From Myxococcota bacterium (GTDB lineage Bacteria; Myxococcota_A; UBA796; CAJQPC01): DNA of 64,000 bases. Under the pieces are notes generated by a model. That model ran no database searches and had not been told where the DNA came from. It saw only the letters and a program-made list of their open reading frames with translations. The stretch spans positions 1 to 64,000 of the forward strand of contig JAZAMN010000062.1 in the NCBI GenBank assembly GCA_036229005.1. Reading direction: 5' to 3'. Every line of letters starts with the position of its first letter. Position 1 is the stretch's first letter. The position numbers and the translations under genes are program-made. Below are positions 1 to 11,996 of this stretch, piece by piece.

Positions 1-375
1 GGCTTCGCCGCTTCTTTGGCTTGGACCGACCGCCTCGGCCGCCCGAACTCCCGGGTCTCGGGCGCAGGTCTGCGCACCGAGACCTCGGCGGTGGTGAGGG
101 TGGGAGTGGGTGGTCGTGTGCGCGACCCCCCTGAGCCCCGGCGGGGCCGGGGCCACCACCCCCGCGGGCTCTCCGGGGGGACATGAGCGGAAGCTGCCCT
201 CGGCGCGTCGGTGAGCCGGCCAGGGCCGACTCATCTTGGGTTTTTTGGAGGACTTTCTGTTTGACGCTCCAGACCTCGCGTCTACCTGTTGCCTGTCAGC
301 GGGCCCTGCGGCCCCAAACATCACCCAAGCCTCCGGCATCACGTGAGAAATCACCGCCGGATGAAGAGGATTCCA

Positions 376-2274
<1,899 letters not shown>

Positions 2275-2296
2275 GCCGACTCGGTCTACCCACAAC

Positions 2297-2327
2297 ACGC
2301 AGCCACCGGGTGTCCTGGTGGCTGCGT
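2297..2327 (+). terminator. GC-rich stem-loop between dnaK and dnaJ (weak terminator or mRNA-stabilising hairpin)
   Basis: ACGCAGCCACCGGG-TGT-CCTGGTGGCTGCGT forms a 14-bp stem with one G-U pair. No clear U-tract follows. Confidence 0.5.
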
Positions 2328-2376
2328 CTGCGTTCCGGGCCCCCGATGAAGCGGGCGGCCTTTGCAGGGAGATGCG

Positions 2377-3498
2377 GTGAGCAAGCGCGACTACTACGAG
2401 GTCCTGGGCGTTGAGCGGGATGCGGACGAGAAGACCCTCAAGAAGGCCTTCCGCAAGCTGGCTCTGCAGTACCACCCGGACCGCAACCCGGATGACCCCG
2501 AGGCCGAGGCCAAGTTCAAGGAGGCCGGCGAGGCCTTCGAGGTGCTCTCGGACCCCCAGAAGCGCCAGGTCTACGACCGCTATGGCCACCAGGGGCTCCA
2601 GGGGCAGGGCTACAACCCCGGCTTCCAGGACATGGGAGACATCTTCTCCCACTTCGGCGACATCTTCGGCGACCTCTTCGGCGGCGGCGGTCGGCGGGGT
2701 GGGGGAGCCCGCGGCCCGCGCCGGGGCGCCGATCTGGAGTACCGCATGGTGCTCGACTTCATGGACGCAATCAACGGCGTCGAGAAGGAGATCGAGGTCC
2801 CCAAGCACGCCTGGTGCGAGACCTGCGACGGCAGCGGCGCCAAGCCCGGCTCCGACCTCAAGACCTGCGCCACCTGTGGCGGCCGCGGCGAGGTCATCCA
2901 GCAGCAGATGTTCCTGCGTATCCGCACCACCTGCCCCCACTGTGGCGGCAAGGGCCAGACCGTCTCGGACCCCTGCGGGGACTGCAACGGCAAGGGCCGC
3001 AAGAAGGTGACCGAGCGCTGGACCGTCAAGGTCCCCGCCGGCGTGGACAACGGCATGCAGATCCGGGACCGCGGCAAGGGCGAGCTCGGCGAGAAGGGGG
3101 CGCCCCCAGGCGACCTCTACGTCACCATCCAGGTCCGCAAGCACGAGTTCTTCAAGCGCGACGGCATGGACATCTTCTGCCAGGTGCCCATGTCCTACCC
3201 CCAGGCCTGCCTGGGCGCTGAGATCACCGTGCCGACCGTCTACGGGACCGAGACCCTGGAGCTGCCCAAGGGCACCCCCTCCGGCAAGGTCTTCACCCTG
3301 GCCGGCAAGGGCGTGAAGGGCATCCATGGCCGCGGCCAGGGGGACCAGCACGTCCAGGTCGTGGTCGAGGTCCCCAAGAAGATGGGCGAGGAGGAGGAGG
3401 CGCTAATCCGTCAGCTCGGCGAGCTGGGGGACAAGCCCGTCGCCGACAAGGACAAGCCCATCTGGGAGCGCTGGATGGACAAGCTGCACGGGAACTGA
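2377..3498 (+). CDS. dnaJ: Co-chaperone DnaJ
   Basis: J domain ([11 protein letters not shown]), G/F region and four CxxCxGxG zinc-finger motifs. GTG start at 2377 after GGGAGA. Confidence 0.98.
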   Translation: MSKRDYYEVLGVERDADEKTLKKAFRKLALQYHPDRNPDDPEAEAKFKEAGEAFEVLSDPQKRQVYDRYGHQGLQGQGYNPGFQDMGDIFSHFGDIFGDLFGGGGRRGGGARGPRRGADLEYRMVLDFMDAINGVEKEIEVPKHAWCETCDGSGAKPGSDLKTCATCGGRGEVIQQQMFLRIRTTCPHCGGKGQTVSDPCGDCNGKGRKKVTERWTVKVPAGVDNGMQIRDRGKGELGEKGAPPGDLYVTIQVRKHEFFKRDGMDIFCQVPMSYPQACLGAEITVPTVYGTETLELPKGTPSGKVFTLAGKGVKGIHGRGQGDQHVQVVVEVPKKMGEEEEALIRQLGELGDKPVADKDKPIWERWMDKLHGN

Positions 3499-3499
3499 C

Positions 3500-4495
3500 A
3501 TGAGCACCGCACGCGAGCGCATCGACGCTGCCACCCCCAAGGTCCAGGCCCTCGCGCCGGTGCTCGAGGCCCTCCGCACGCAGATCGCCCGGGTGGTGGT
3601 CGGCCAGCTCGACATGGTCGACCGCCTGCTCATCGGCCTGTTGGCCGACGGCCACCTGCTGCTGGAGGGCGTGCCCGGCCTGGCCAAGACCACCGCCGTC
3701 AAGGCGCTGTCCCAGGCCCTGGAGCTGAGCTTCTCCCGCATCCAGTTCACCCCGGATCTGCTCCCGGCGGACGTTCTGGGCACCCAGATCTACGACCCCC
3801 GCACCCACGAGTTCTCCACCCACAAGGGTCCGGTGTTCGCCGGCGTGGTGCTCGCGGACGAGATCAACCGCGCCCCCGCCAAGGTCCAGGCGGCGCTGCT
3901 GGAGGCGATGCAGGAGCGCCAGGTCACCATCGGCGGCGAGACCTTCCCGCTGCCCAGGCCCTTCCTGGTGCTCGCCACCCAGAACCCCCTGGAGCAGGAG
4001 GGCACCTACCCCCTGCCCGAGGCCCAGTCGGACCGCTTCCTGCTCAAGCTGCGCGTGGACTACCCCAGCCGGGAGGAGGAGCTGATGATCCTCCGCATGG
4101 CCGGCCAGCCGCGCCAGGTGCCCCAGCCGGTGTGCAGCGTCGAGCAGCTCATCCAGGCCCAGGCCCTGATCCACGAGCTGTGGATGGAGCCCGTGGTCGA
4201 GGGCTACGTGGTCGATCTGGTGCGGGCCACCCGCGACCCGGGCGCCTACAAGCTGGGCAAGCTGGCCTCCCTGATCCAGGTGGGCGCCAGCCCCCGCGCC
4301 ACCCTCGCGCTCTCCGTCTGCGCCCGGGCCCACGCGCTGCTGCGCGGCCGCGCCTTCGTCACCCCCGACGACGTCAAGGCCATCGCCCCGGACGTCCTCC
4401 GCCACCGCATCCTCCTCTCCTACGAGGCCGAGGCCGAGGGCCAGAGCGCCGATCAGGTCATCGCGGCCATCCTGGGAGCCCTGCCGACCCCTTGA
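3500..4495 (+). CDS. moxR: MoxR-family AAA+ ATPase
   Basis: EGVPGLAKT Walker A, RIQFTPDLLPAD, LADEINRAPAKVQ, ATQNPLEQEGTYPLPEAQ, GASPRA. Confidence 0.96.
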   Translation: MSTARERIDAATPKVQALAPVLEALRTQIARVVVGQLDMVDRLLIGLLADGHLLLEGVPGLAKTTAVKALSQALELSFSRIQFTPDLLPADVLGTQIYDPRTHEFSTHKGPVFAGVVLADEINRAPAKVQAALLEAMQERQVTIGGETFPLPRPFLVLATQNPLEQEGTYPLPEAQSDRFLLKLRVDYPSREEELMILRMAGQPRQVPQPVCSVEQLIQAQALIHELWMEPVVEGYVVDLVRATRDPGAYKLGKLASLIQVGASPRATLALSVCARAHALLRGRAFVTPDDVKAIAPDVLRHRILLSYEAEAEGQSADQVIAAILGALPTP

Positions 4496-4499
4496 GCCC

Positions 4500-5366
4500 A
4501 TGCTGAACCCCGACGAGCTCAGAGCCCTCCGTCGCCTCAGCCTGCAGGCCGGGCGCAAGGTCGACACGCTGCTTGGCGGTCGCTACCGCTCGGCCTTCAA
4601 GGGCCAGGGATTGGTGTTCGAGGAGGTCCGCACCTACCAGCGCGGCGACGACGTGCGCCACATCGACTGGAAGGTCACCGCCCGCGCCCAGAAGCCCCAC
4701 ATCAAGCGCTTCCGCGAGGAGCGCCAGCAGACCCTGGTGCTCGCCGTGGACGTCTCCGGCTCCATGTTCACCGGCTCTGGGGGCGCGGACGGGCGCACCG
4801 ACAAGGCCCTCCAGCTCGCCCGACTGGCCGGCGGTCTGGCCTACGCCGCCACCGACTCCGGGGACCAGGTCGGCCTGCTTCGCTTCTCCGAGCAGCCTCT
4901 GGACTACCTGCCCCCCCGGGCCTCTCGGGCCCACGCCTGGGCCATCATCCGCAGCCTCTTCGACGCCGAGGCCCCCCGCGACCAGGGCACCGACCTGAGC
5001 GCCGCCATCCAGGCCCTCACCCGCCGCCTCAAGCGCCGCTCTCTGGTCGTGCTGGTCTCGGATTTCCTGGATCCGGGCCCCTGGCAACCCGCCCTCACCG
5101 CTCTGGCTGGCCGGCATGGCGTCCACGCCTTGTTGCTTCACGACCCCGTCGAGGTGCTACCGCCCGCGCTCGGTCTGGTGGAGCTCCAGGACGCGGAGAC
5201 CGGCGCCACCCAGCTCGTGGACCTCTCCAAGCTGCGGGCCCGCCGGACGGTGGACGCCCGCCTGTCCGAGCTGCGCCGCTGCGGCGTGCGGGCCGCCGCC
5301 ATCTCCACCGACCAGGACCCCTTCCAGGCCCTGCGGCGCCACTTCGAGTCCCGGGGGCAGCGGTGA
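4500..5366 (+). CDS. DUF58-family vWA-like protein
   Basis: SAFKGQGLVFEEVRTYQRGDDVRHIDWKVTAR, VDVSGSM, LVSDFL. Typical position after moxR. Confidence 0.92.
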   Translation: MLNPDELRALRRLSLQAGRKVDTLLGGRYRSAFKGQGLVFEEVRTYQRGDDVRHIDWKVTARAQKPHIKRFREERQQTLVLAVDVSGSMFTGSGGADGRTDKALQLARLAGGLAYAATDSGDQVGLLRFSEQPLDYLPPRASRAHAWAIIRSLFDAEAPRDQGTDLSAAIQALTRRLKRRSLVVLVSDFLDPGPWQPALTALAGRHGVHALLLHDPVEVLPPALGLVELQDAETGATQLVDLSKLRARRTVDARLSELRRCGVRAAAISTDQDPFQALRRHFESRGQR

Positions 5367-6220
5367 GCCTGCTGCTGCTCCTGGCCTGCGCCGGCCGCAT
5401 CAAGCCCCTGGACGCCCCTGGGGTGGTCGAGCTGGACAGCTCGCTGGTCAGCCGCCAGGTGCCCGCGGGCAAGCCCGCCACCCTGCGAGCCTGCGTGCGC
5501 GTCTCGGAGCCGGGCTGGTCCTGGGAGCCCCATCTGCCCCAGGTGGACGGCCTCAGCGCGTCCGAGCCCAGCGTGCAGGTGGACGGGGACGTGAGCTGCT
5601 TGAGCGTGGACTACCGGGGCCCCGCCGGTGCCTACGCCCTGGATCCCGTCCGCCTGAGCGTGACCTCGCCGATGGGGGAGGTGTCCGAGGTGGTGGGGCC
5701 GCCGCTGTATCTGGACATCGGTGAGCCCCTGGTGTCCGTGGACCTGGGACAGCCCCTCCCTCAACCCAAGCGCTTCCGGATCACCGAGGCCATCCCCTGG
5801 TGGGTGCCCTTGATCGCTGTTCTTGGGGCCCTCGCCGGGGGCTGGTGGGTGCGCCGCCCCAAGCCCACGCCGCCGCCTCCGCCGCCCACGCCGCCCCACG
5901 TCCAGGCCGAGAACGACTGGGCGCAGGTGCAGGCCGACGGCAGCCTCAGCGACCACGCCAAGGCCCTGGCGCTCTCCGGCATCACCCGCCGCTACATCGC
6001 CGCGATGGGCGTGCCCCAGGCCGAGAGCCTCACCACCGCGGAGCTCGACGCCGCCCTCCAGGACAGCGCGCGCTTTCAGCAGTGGCGCGCCACCATCCAG
6101 CAGCTCCTGGGCGCCGCCGACCAGGTCAAGTTCGCCGGCGGACAGGCCGGACCCCAGACCTTCGCCCGCTGGACCGAGCAGCTCAGCGCACTGCTCCGCG
6201 GCACCCGGAGGGGCCTGTGA
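5363..6220 (+). CDS. Bat-cluster membrane/lipoprotein, hypothetical
   Basis: MSLLLLLAC start, central TM (WWVPLIAVLGALAGGWW), Pro-rich linker, then LSGITRRYI...TTAEL...ADQVKFA as in proteins lying between DUF58 and batA. GTGA overlaps at both ends. Confidence 0.8.
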   Translation: MSLLLLLACAGRIKPLDAPGVVELDSSLVSRQVPAGKPATLRACVRVSEPGWSWEPHLPQVDGLSASEPSVQVDGDVSCLSVDYRGPAGAYALDPVRLSVTSPMGEVSEVVGPPLYLDIGEPLVSVDLGQPLPQPKRFRITEAIPWWVPLIAVLGALAGGWWVRRPKPTPPPPPPTPPHVQAENDWAQVQADGSLSDHAKALALSGITRRYIAAMGVPQAESLTTAELDAALQDSARFQQWRATIQQLLGAADQVKFAGGQAGPQTFARWTEQLSALLRGTRRGL

Positions 6221-7194
6221 GCTGGGGCCTCCAACACCCCTGGGTCCTGGCCGCCTGGCCCCTGATCCCCCTGGCCCTGTGGTGGTCGTGGCGGGGGCGG
6301 GCGCGTCTGCGGGTCGCCTCACTGGCCGCGCTGCGCCCTCAACGCAGCCTCCGGAGCCTGTTGCGCTGGCTGCCCGCCGCCCTCCGCGCCCTGGGACTGA
6401 GCCTCCTGCTGCTGGCCCTGGCCCGCCCCCAGACCACCCGCGAGGAGGTCGTCGTCGAGTCCGAGGGCCTGGACATCCTGCTCGCCATCGACACCTCGCA
6501 GACCATGGAGGCGCAGGACCTCGGCAGTGGGCGCACGCGCATGTCGCTGGCCCGGGAGACCGCCATGGACTTCGTGCGCGGCCGGCCCTACGACCGCATC
6601 GGCGTGGTCGTGTTCGGCGAGGAGGCCTTCACCCAGGTGCCTCTGACCCAGGACCACGACGCCCTGCTGCAGATCCTCGCCCACGTCGACATCGGCCTGG
6701 CCGGCAGCAACGCCACCGCCATCGGGCACGCCATCGCCGTCGCCGCCGGGGACCTGGCCGACCTGGACGCCCCCGAGAAGGTCCTGGTCCTGATCACTGA
6801 CGGCAAGAACACCGTCCCCCAGCCCCCGCAGCCCATGGACGCCGCCCAGGCCGCCGCCACCCTGGGCATCCGCGTCTACACCATCGGCGTGGGCGCGCCT
6901 CCCCGCCGGGCCGGGGGGATCGCCGGGATGATGGGCATGCACACCCGCGACGGCATCGACGAGCCCATGCTCCGAGCCATCGCCAAGGGCACCGGGGGCC
7001 GCTTCTACCGCGCCGCCAGCGCCGAGGACCTGCAGGCCATCTTCGAGACCATCGACCAGCTCGAGACCACCACCGCCCAAGTCAGCACCTTCGTCCACCG
7101 CGACGAGAAGCTGCACCTGGCCCTGCTCCCCGGCCTCGCCATGTTGATGGCCGAGCTGCTCTTGAGCCACACGCTCTTGAGGAGGCTGCCATGA
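6217..7194 (+). CDS. batA: BatA-like vWA domain membrane protein
   Basis: N-terminal HPWVL TM, LALARPQ, MIDAS-like DTSQT, DRIGVVVF, TAIG, LITDG, VYTIGVG, IA..TGGRFYRA. GTG at 6217 overlaps the upstream stop. Confidence 0.9.
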   Translation: MSWGLQHPWVLAAWPLIPLALWWSWRGRARLRVASLAALRPQRSLRSLLRWLPAALRALGLSLLLLALARPQTTREEVVVESEGLDILLAIDTSQTMEAQDLGSGRTRMSLARETAMDFVRGRPYDRIGVVVFGEEAFTQVPLTQDHDALLQILAHVDIGLAGSNATAIGHAIAVAAGDLADLDAPEKVLVLITDGKNTVPQPPQPMDAAQAAATLGIRVYTIGVGAPPRRAGGIAGMMGMHTRDGIDEPMLRAIAKGTGGRFYRAASAEDLQAIFETIDQLETTTAQVSTFVHRDEKLHLALLPGLAMLMAELLLSHTLLRRLP

Positions 7195-9155
7195 GCTTTG
7201 CCGCGGCACCCTGGCTGCACCTCTTGTGGCTCCTGCTCCCCCTGAGCGCCTTGCTGCTCTGGTCCCATCGGCGAGGACACCGGGATCTGAACCGCCTGAT
7301 GGGCGCCGGGCTGCTGGAGCGCGAGCTGGGCCGCGGTCTGCCTCTGCGCCGCGCCCTCCAGTCCCTGCTCCTGATGCTCGGGCTGTCCCTCTGCGCCTTC
7401 GCCTTGGCGCGCCCCCAGCTCGGCGAGACCTGGCGCGAGTCCCAGGCCGAGCACGCCGAGATCGTGGTCGCCCTGGACCTGTCCCGCTCCATGGACGCCC
7501 AGGACGTCGCCCCAAGCCGCCTGGCCCGCGCCCAGCAGGACGCCTGGGAGTTCGTGCAGGCCATGCCCGGCGACCGCATCGGGCTCGTCATCTTCGCCGC
7601 CGGGGCCTACCCGCGGGCCCCCCTCACCACCGACCACAGCGTGCTGGAGCACATGCTCCAGACCGCGCGCACCACCCAGATGCGGGCCCAGGGCAGCAGC
7701 CTGGGGGCGGCGCTGGAGCAGTCCGTGGACCTGCTCTCCGAGGAGGGCGCCGGCGCCCAGGCCATCGTGATCCTCTCCGACGGCGAGGACCACCGCAGCC
7801 AGGCCCTCGACCAGGCCATGGACCGCGTCCAGGCCCGCCACATCCCCGTGTTCGTGGTGGGCGTCGGCACCCAGGACGGCGCCCCCATCCCGCTGCCCGA
7901 GGGCGGCTTCAAGCGCGGCCCCGACGGCAAGGTCGTCGTCTCCCGCCTGGGCCAGCCCACCCTCCAGGCCATCGCGCAGGCCACCGGCGGCTCCTACATC
8001 GAGAGCGTCCCCGGCGGGCAGGACAGCCGGGCCCTGGCCAGCGCCGTGGGGACCTCGCTGACCCGACAGCTCGGGCAGGTGGAGCGCGAGCGCATCCCCA
8101 ATGAGGTGTTCCAGGGTCCTCTGGCCGCCGGGATCCTCCTCCTCCTCCTGTCGACGGGGCTGCGGGATCGCCCCGCACCCTGGGCCCACCGCTTGCCCTG
8201 GCCGGCCCTGCTCGTGCTCCTGATTCCATTGGCTGCCGCCGCCGAGGACATGCGGGGTCTGCTCGAGCGCGGACAGTACGGCGCTGCGCTCCAGCAGGCC
8301 GAGCAGGCGCTCCAGGACGACCCCCGCGACGTGGACGCCCTCTGGGCCCGCGCTGAGGCCCTCTACGGCCTGCAGCAGTACGAGGCCGCCGCCCAGACCT
8401 ACGGGCTCATCGCCGACGGGGCCCGCCAGCGCAGCGCCCGCACCGCCGCCCTGCACAACCAGTCCATCGCCGCCTACCAGGCCGGCAAGCTCGAAGACGC
8501 CCTCAGCGCGCAGCAGCGCATCCTGCTGGAGGACCCCCAGGACCCCGGCGCCCAGCAGGCCGTCGAGCAGCTCACCCAGGAGCTCAGCATGCGCCGTGCC
8601 CCCGAGCCCCAGGAGCCCCCCGAGCAGGATCCCCAGGAGCAGGACCACCCGGATCAGGGCGAGCAGCAGCCAGAAGGGGGCGAGCAGGGCGAGCCGCAGC
8701 AGGGCGAAGGCCAGGAGGAGCAGCAGCCCCAGGCCGGCGAGGGCATGGGCCAGGGAGACAGCGGAGATCCCGGTGCGAGCCCGGAGCGCAGCGGCCAGGA
8801 CCCCACCCAGCAGCCCCCCGAAGGCGGCGACCCCGACGAGCCCGACACGGGCCTCAGTGAGCAGGCCGGCGGTCGCTCCGGCGAGGGCACGCCCACCCCC
8901 GATGACGGCCTGCAGGAGGCCCGGCCCGAGGCCGGAGAGGGGGAGGGGACCCAGGACAGCGGCGACCCCAGCCAGAGCGGGGAGGCCCAGAGCGGAGAGG
9001 CACAGCCCGCAGAGGACCAGAGCGGTGAACCCGACGATGCGCCCGTCGGCCCCGGCGGCATGCGCCCCAGCCAGGCGCGGGAGATCCTGGACTCGGTGGA
9101 GGAGGGGAGCCCGCGGGCGGCCTACGGCGGCAAGGGTGGAGGGCGCGACTGGTGA
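7191..9155 (+). CDS. BatB/BatC-like vWA + TPR protein with Q/E/G-rich tail
   Basis: ALDLSRSMDAQDVAPSRL, PLTTD, LSDGEDH, TPR-like helices, long low-complexity acidic region, ends GRDW. Confidence 0.88.
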   Translation: MSFAAAPWLHLLWLLLPLSALLLWSHRRGHRDLNRLMGAGLLERELGRGLPLRRALQSLLLMLGLSLCAFALARPQLGETWRESQAEHAEIVVALDLSRSMDAQDVAPSRLARAQQDAWEFVQAMPGDRIGLVIFAAGAYPRAPLTTDHSVLEHMLQTARTTQMRAQGSSLGAALEQSVDLLSEEGAGAQAIVILSDGEDHRSQALDQAMDRVQARHIPVFVVGVGTQDGAPIPLPEGGFKRGPDGKVVVSRLGQPTLQAIAQATGGSYIESVPGGQDSRALASAVGTSLTRQLGQVERERIPNEVFQGPLAAGILLLLLSTGLRDRPAPWAHRLPWPALLVLLIPLAAAAEDMRGLLERGQYGAALQQAEQALQDDPRDVDALWARAEALYGLQQYEAAAQTYGLIADGARQRSARTAALHNQSIAAYQAGKLEDALSAQQRILLEDPQDPGAQQAVEQLTQELSMRRAPEPQEPPEQDPQEQDHPDQGEQQPEGGEQGEPQQGEGQEEQQPQAGEGMGQGDSGDPGASPERSGQDPTQQPPEGGDPDEPDTGLSEQAGGRSGEGTPTPDDGLQEARPEAGEGEGTQDSGDPSQSGEAQSGEAQPAEDQSGEPDDAPVGPGGMRPSQAREILDSVEEGSPRAAYGGKGGGRDW

Positions 9156-10729
9156 TCCTGCTCCTGTCCCAGCTCGCCATCGCCGGCGAGGTCAGCCTGC
9201 TGGTCGACACCCCCAAGCTCTCGGTGGGGGAGGCCGTGCGCCTGCAGGTCTCCGTGGAGAGCCCCCAGCAGCCCCCCAGTCCGGCGATCCCCCCGGTGGA
9301 GGGGCTGGAGATCCAGCTCCTGGGCCCGCCCACCTTCTCCCAGAGCTTCTCGTGGGTGAACGGCCAGCAGAGCCAACAGGTCCACTGGGTGTTCACCTAC
9401 CAGCTCAAGGGGACGCGGGAGGGGAGCTACACCCTGGGCCCCGTCACCGTCGGGTCCACCGCCTCGGAACCCTTGGCCATCCAGGTCGGGCCCCAGCAGA
9501 GCGCCGCCAGCGAGGACCTGTCGGTGAGCTTCGGCACCGAGCGCGCCTGGGTGGGCCAGACCCTGCTCTACAGCGGCGAGCTCCGCACCGAGCTGCGCGC
9601 CAACGACCGCCGCTGGAAGCTGCCCGCGTTCACCGGTCTGGCCGACGACCCCCTGGCCCAGGGCGTCAGCGAGGAGTTTGTCAGCAGCGTCCAGGGCGCC
9701 CGCGTGGCGACCTACCGGGTGCACATCCCGCTGATCGCCAGCGAGCCGGGCGAGCACACCCTGTCCAGCGCCGTGCTCACCCTCCAGATCCCCGTCTCCG
9801 GCCGCGGCCTCTTCGTGCGCACCGAGCCGCGCATCTTCACGGGCAAGAGCCCCACGCTCCAGATCCAGCCGCTGCCCGAGGGCCAGGACCCCGCCACCTG
9901 GAGCGGGCTGGTGGGCAGCTTCACCCTGGAGGCCGCCCTGGACCGGGATCAGGTCGCCGCCGGTGAGAGCGCCCAGCTCCAGCTCCGCCTGAGCGGGGAC
10001 GGCAGCTTCCGCGACTGGATCCCCCCCGAGCTGACCCTGGAGGGCGCCCAGGTCTTTGGCGAGGTCCCCGCCACCAGCGGGCAGATCGAGGACGGCGCCT
10101 ACCAGGGCCAGGGGCGCATCACCTACGCCATCCTGCCCAGCGAGCCAGGCGTGCTGGAGATCCCGCCCATCGAGATCCAGGTCTTCGACCCCGAGCTCGG
10201 CGCGTACCGCACCCTGAGCACCCGCCCCGCGCAGATCGAGGTGCTCGCCGGCGCCGAGCTGGAGCCCGAGGTCGTCGACTTCGGCCCCGCGCAGCCCCAG
10301 AGCCCCGAGGGCGAGCCCCTGCCCAGCCTGGAGCGCCGCCCCCAGCCCACCCGCTCCCAGGCCTTCTCCCTCACGCACCCGCTGGCCCTGCTGCTGATGG
10401 TGCTCCCGGTGCTCGGACTGCTGGTGCAGCTTGGTCGGGAGCTCTCCGGGCGCATGAAGCCCGAGCCCGACCCCCACGCCGAGCTGCGCGCGCGCATCGC
10501 TGGGCTGCAGACGGGTGACCTCGCCGGGGCCATGGAGCTGCTGCGGGCTTGTGGGGCCCTGGCGACCGGGCGGTCTGCCGGGGTGCTCCAGGGCCAGGAT
10601 CTGGCCTCCTTCCCCGACCCTGGGCTCTTCGGCGAGCTCCAGGCCGCTCGCTATGGCGCCGCCGACCCCGGGGAGCTGGTGGAACGGACCCGCCGCCTCT
10701 GCGTGGCCCTGCTGGAGGCCGCACCATGA
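9152..10729 (+). CDS. batD: BatD-family protein
   Basis: Repeated beta-rich domains (VGEAVRLQV, SQSFSWVNG, GSYTLGP, VGSFTLEA, GVLEIPPIEIQVFDP) and a late TM segment. Operon position fits. Confidence 0.85.
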   Translation: MILLLSQLAIAGEVSLLVDTPKLSVGEAVRLQVSVESPQQPPSPAIPPVEGLEIQLLGPPTFSQSFSWVNGQQSQQVHWVFTYQLKGTREGSYTLGPVTVGSTASEPLAIQVGPQQSAASEDLSVSFGTERAWVGQTLLYSGELRTELRANDRRWKLPAFTGLADDPLAQGVSEEFVSSVQGARVATYRVHIPLIASEPGEHTLSSAVLTLQIPVSGRGLFVRTEPRIFTGKSPTLQIQPLPEGQDPATWSGLVGSFTLEAALDRDQVAAGESAQLQLRLSGDGSFRDWIPPELTLEGAQVFGEVPATSGQIEDGAYQGQGRITYAILPSEPGVLEIPPIEIQVFDPELGAYRTLSTRPAQIEVLAGAELEPEVVDFGPAQPQSPEGEPLPSLERRPQPTRSQAFSLTHPLALLLMVLPVLGLLVQLGRELSGRMKPEPDPHAELRARIAGLQTGDLAGAMELLRACGALATGRSAGVLQGQDLASFPDPGLFGELQAARYGAADPGELVERTRRLCVALLEAAP

Positions 10730-11352
10730 GCGCTCTCTTGGCCCTGATGCTGCTGCTGAGCCCCGCCGCGCGCGCGCAGGAGCCCCCCGTGAACGCCGAC
10801 GCCCACTGGAACCAGGGCGTCCAGGCGCTGGAGTCCGGCCGCGAGGATCTGGCGGTCCTGGCCTTCCGCCGCGGCCTGATGCTGCGCCCCCACGATGGCG
10901 CCCTCAAGGCCCAGCTCGCCCAGCGCCAGGCCCACCCGGACAGCCCCCCGCTGCTCGCCCCCGACCGCGCCGGCTGGACCGGCGTCCTGCTCCTCTCCTT
11001 GGCCGGATTCTCCCTGCTGATCTGGCGGATTCAGGGTCGCCGGGAGCTGCTGGTGGCGGCGCTCTCGCTGGCCCCTCTGGGCGCGGCCCTCGGCCTCCAG
11101 GCGCAGCTCCAGGTCTCCGGGTGGGGGGAGCGGGCGCTGGTGTTGGCCCCCGGTGCCGTCCTCACCGCCCAGCCCGCTGGTGGCCTGACCCTCTTTGAGC
11201 TCCCTCCCCACAGCGAGGTCACGCTGGGCCCGACCGTGGACGGAGCCGTTCAGGTGCAGACCCTGGACGGGCGGCGGGGATGGACCTCGGAGGACGCTCT
11301 GGGTGTCCTGGACCCCCGGGTGTTCACTGCTCCCACACAACCAGCGCGTTAG
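10726..11352 (+). CDS. BatE-like TPR/TM/SH3 protein
   Basis: Signal peptide, TPR-like WNQGV...AVLAFRRGLMLRP, two TMs, C-terminal SH3-like DGRRGW. ATG 10726 overlaps the batD stop. Confidence 0.75.
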   Translation: MSALLALMLLLSPAARAQEPPVNADAHWNQGVQALESGREDLAVLAFRRGLMLRPHDGALKAQLAQRQAHPDSPPLLAPDRAGWTGVLLLSLAGFSLLIWRIQGRRELLVAALSLAPLGAALGLQAQLQVSGWGERALVLAPGAVLTAQPAGGLTLFELPPHSEVTLGPTVDGAVQVQTLDGRRGWTSEDALGVLDPRVFTAPTQPAR

Positions 11353-11377
11353 AGGCGCTCCAAAGGAGGACCCCCAG

Positions 11378-11902
11378 ATGAACGGCATGATTGCCCTGTT
11401 GGCCCTGAGCATGATGGGCGGTTGCTGGGAGAAGCGCGTCAAGCACCTCTCGGACACCGAGTTCGACCACTACTACGCCCTGCGTCCCTTCATGGACGAG
11501 GACATGAAGAAGACCTACCTCAAGCTCAAGACCCAGGAGGAGCGCGACGCGTACCTCAAGGAGCAGGGCCTGTGGGACCGCTTCTACCAGTACGAGGCCG
11601 ACGAGCGCGAGGCCATCGTCATGGGCGACGTCCAGGAGGGCTGGACCAAGGACAAGGTGCTGATGTCCTGGGGCTCCCCCTACGACAAGCGCAAGGGCGC
11701 CGACATGAGCGTCACCCGCTCGGAGATCCTGGTCTACCGCTTTGAGGGCCACGACTCCGACGACGACGGCAAGGTCGACACCCACATCGTCTGGGAGCCC
11801 AACTCCAAGACCGAGTACAAGGCCGAGGTCCTCTTCCGCAAGGAGGTCCACCTGGCCAACGACGTGGTCACCCTGGTGGAGCTCAAGGACGGCTGGTCCT
11901 GA
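11378..11902 (+). CDS. Hypothetical lipoprotein (BamE/SmpA-like or GWxTD-like motif)
   Basis: AGGAGG RBS, lipobox MMGGC, motif EGWTKDKVLMSWGSP, strong coding codon bias. Confidence 0.8.
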   Translation: MNGMIALLALSMMGGCWEKRVKHLSDTEFDHYYALRPFMDEDMKKTYLKLKTQEERDAYLKEQGLWDRFYQYEADEREAIVMGDVQEGWTKDKVLMSWGSPYDKRKGADMSVTRSEILVYRFEGHDSDDDGKVDTHIVWEPNSKTEYKAEVLFRKEVHLANDVVTLVELKDGWS

Positions 11903-11967
11903 GCCCCGATGGCCCCCCCGGGCCATTGTGATCCCCGGGGGACATCCCCGGAGAGAGGACGAACTCA

Positions 11968-11996
11968 TTGACGTTCCCCCAAGCCCCACGTAGCTT
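11968..11996 (+). promoter_or_regulatory. Putative sigma70-type promoter for the radical SAM gene
   Basis: TTGACG (11968-11973), 17-bp spacer, TAGCTT (11991-11996). Followed by GGAGAG RBS and ATG 12023. Confidence 0.55.

Noticed and set aside
1..184. Possible 5' part of a minus-strand gene starting at ATG 184 (MSPRRARGGGG...KPKKRR) and running off the window
   Set aside because: Low-complexity, weak codon bias and no recognisable domain. It cannot be supported without the adjacent sequence.
200..375. Heat-shock control elements upstream of dnaK (CIRCE; TTGACG at 261)
   Set aside because: No TTAGCACTC-N9-GAGTGCTAA is present, and the TTGACG lacks a convincing -10 at 16-18 bp.
8590..9060. Repetitive CAG/GAG-rich tract that might be a repeat array
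   Set aside because: It encodes the Q/E/G/P low-complexity linker usual in BatB/C proteins. There is no fixed repeat-spacer structure.
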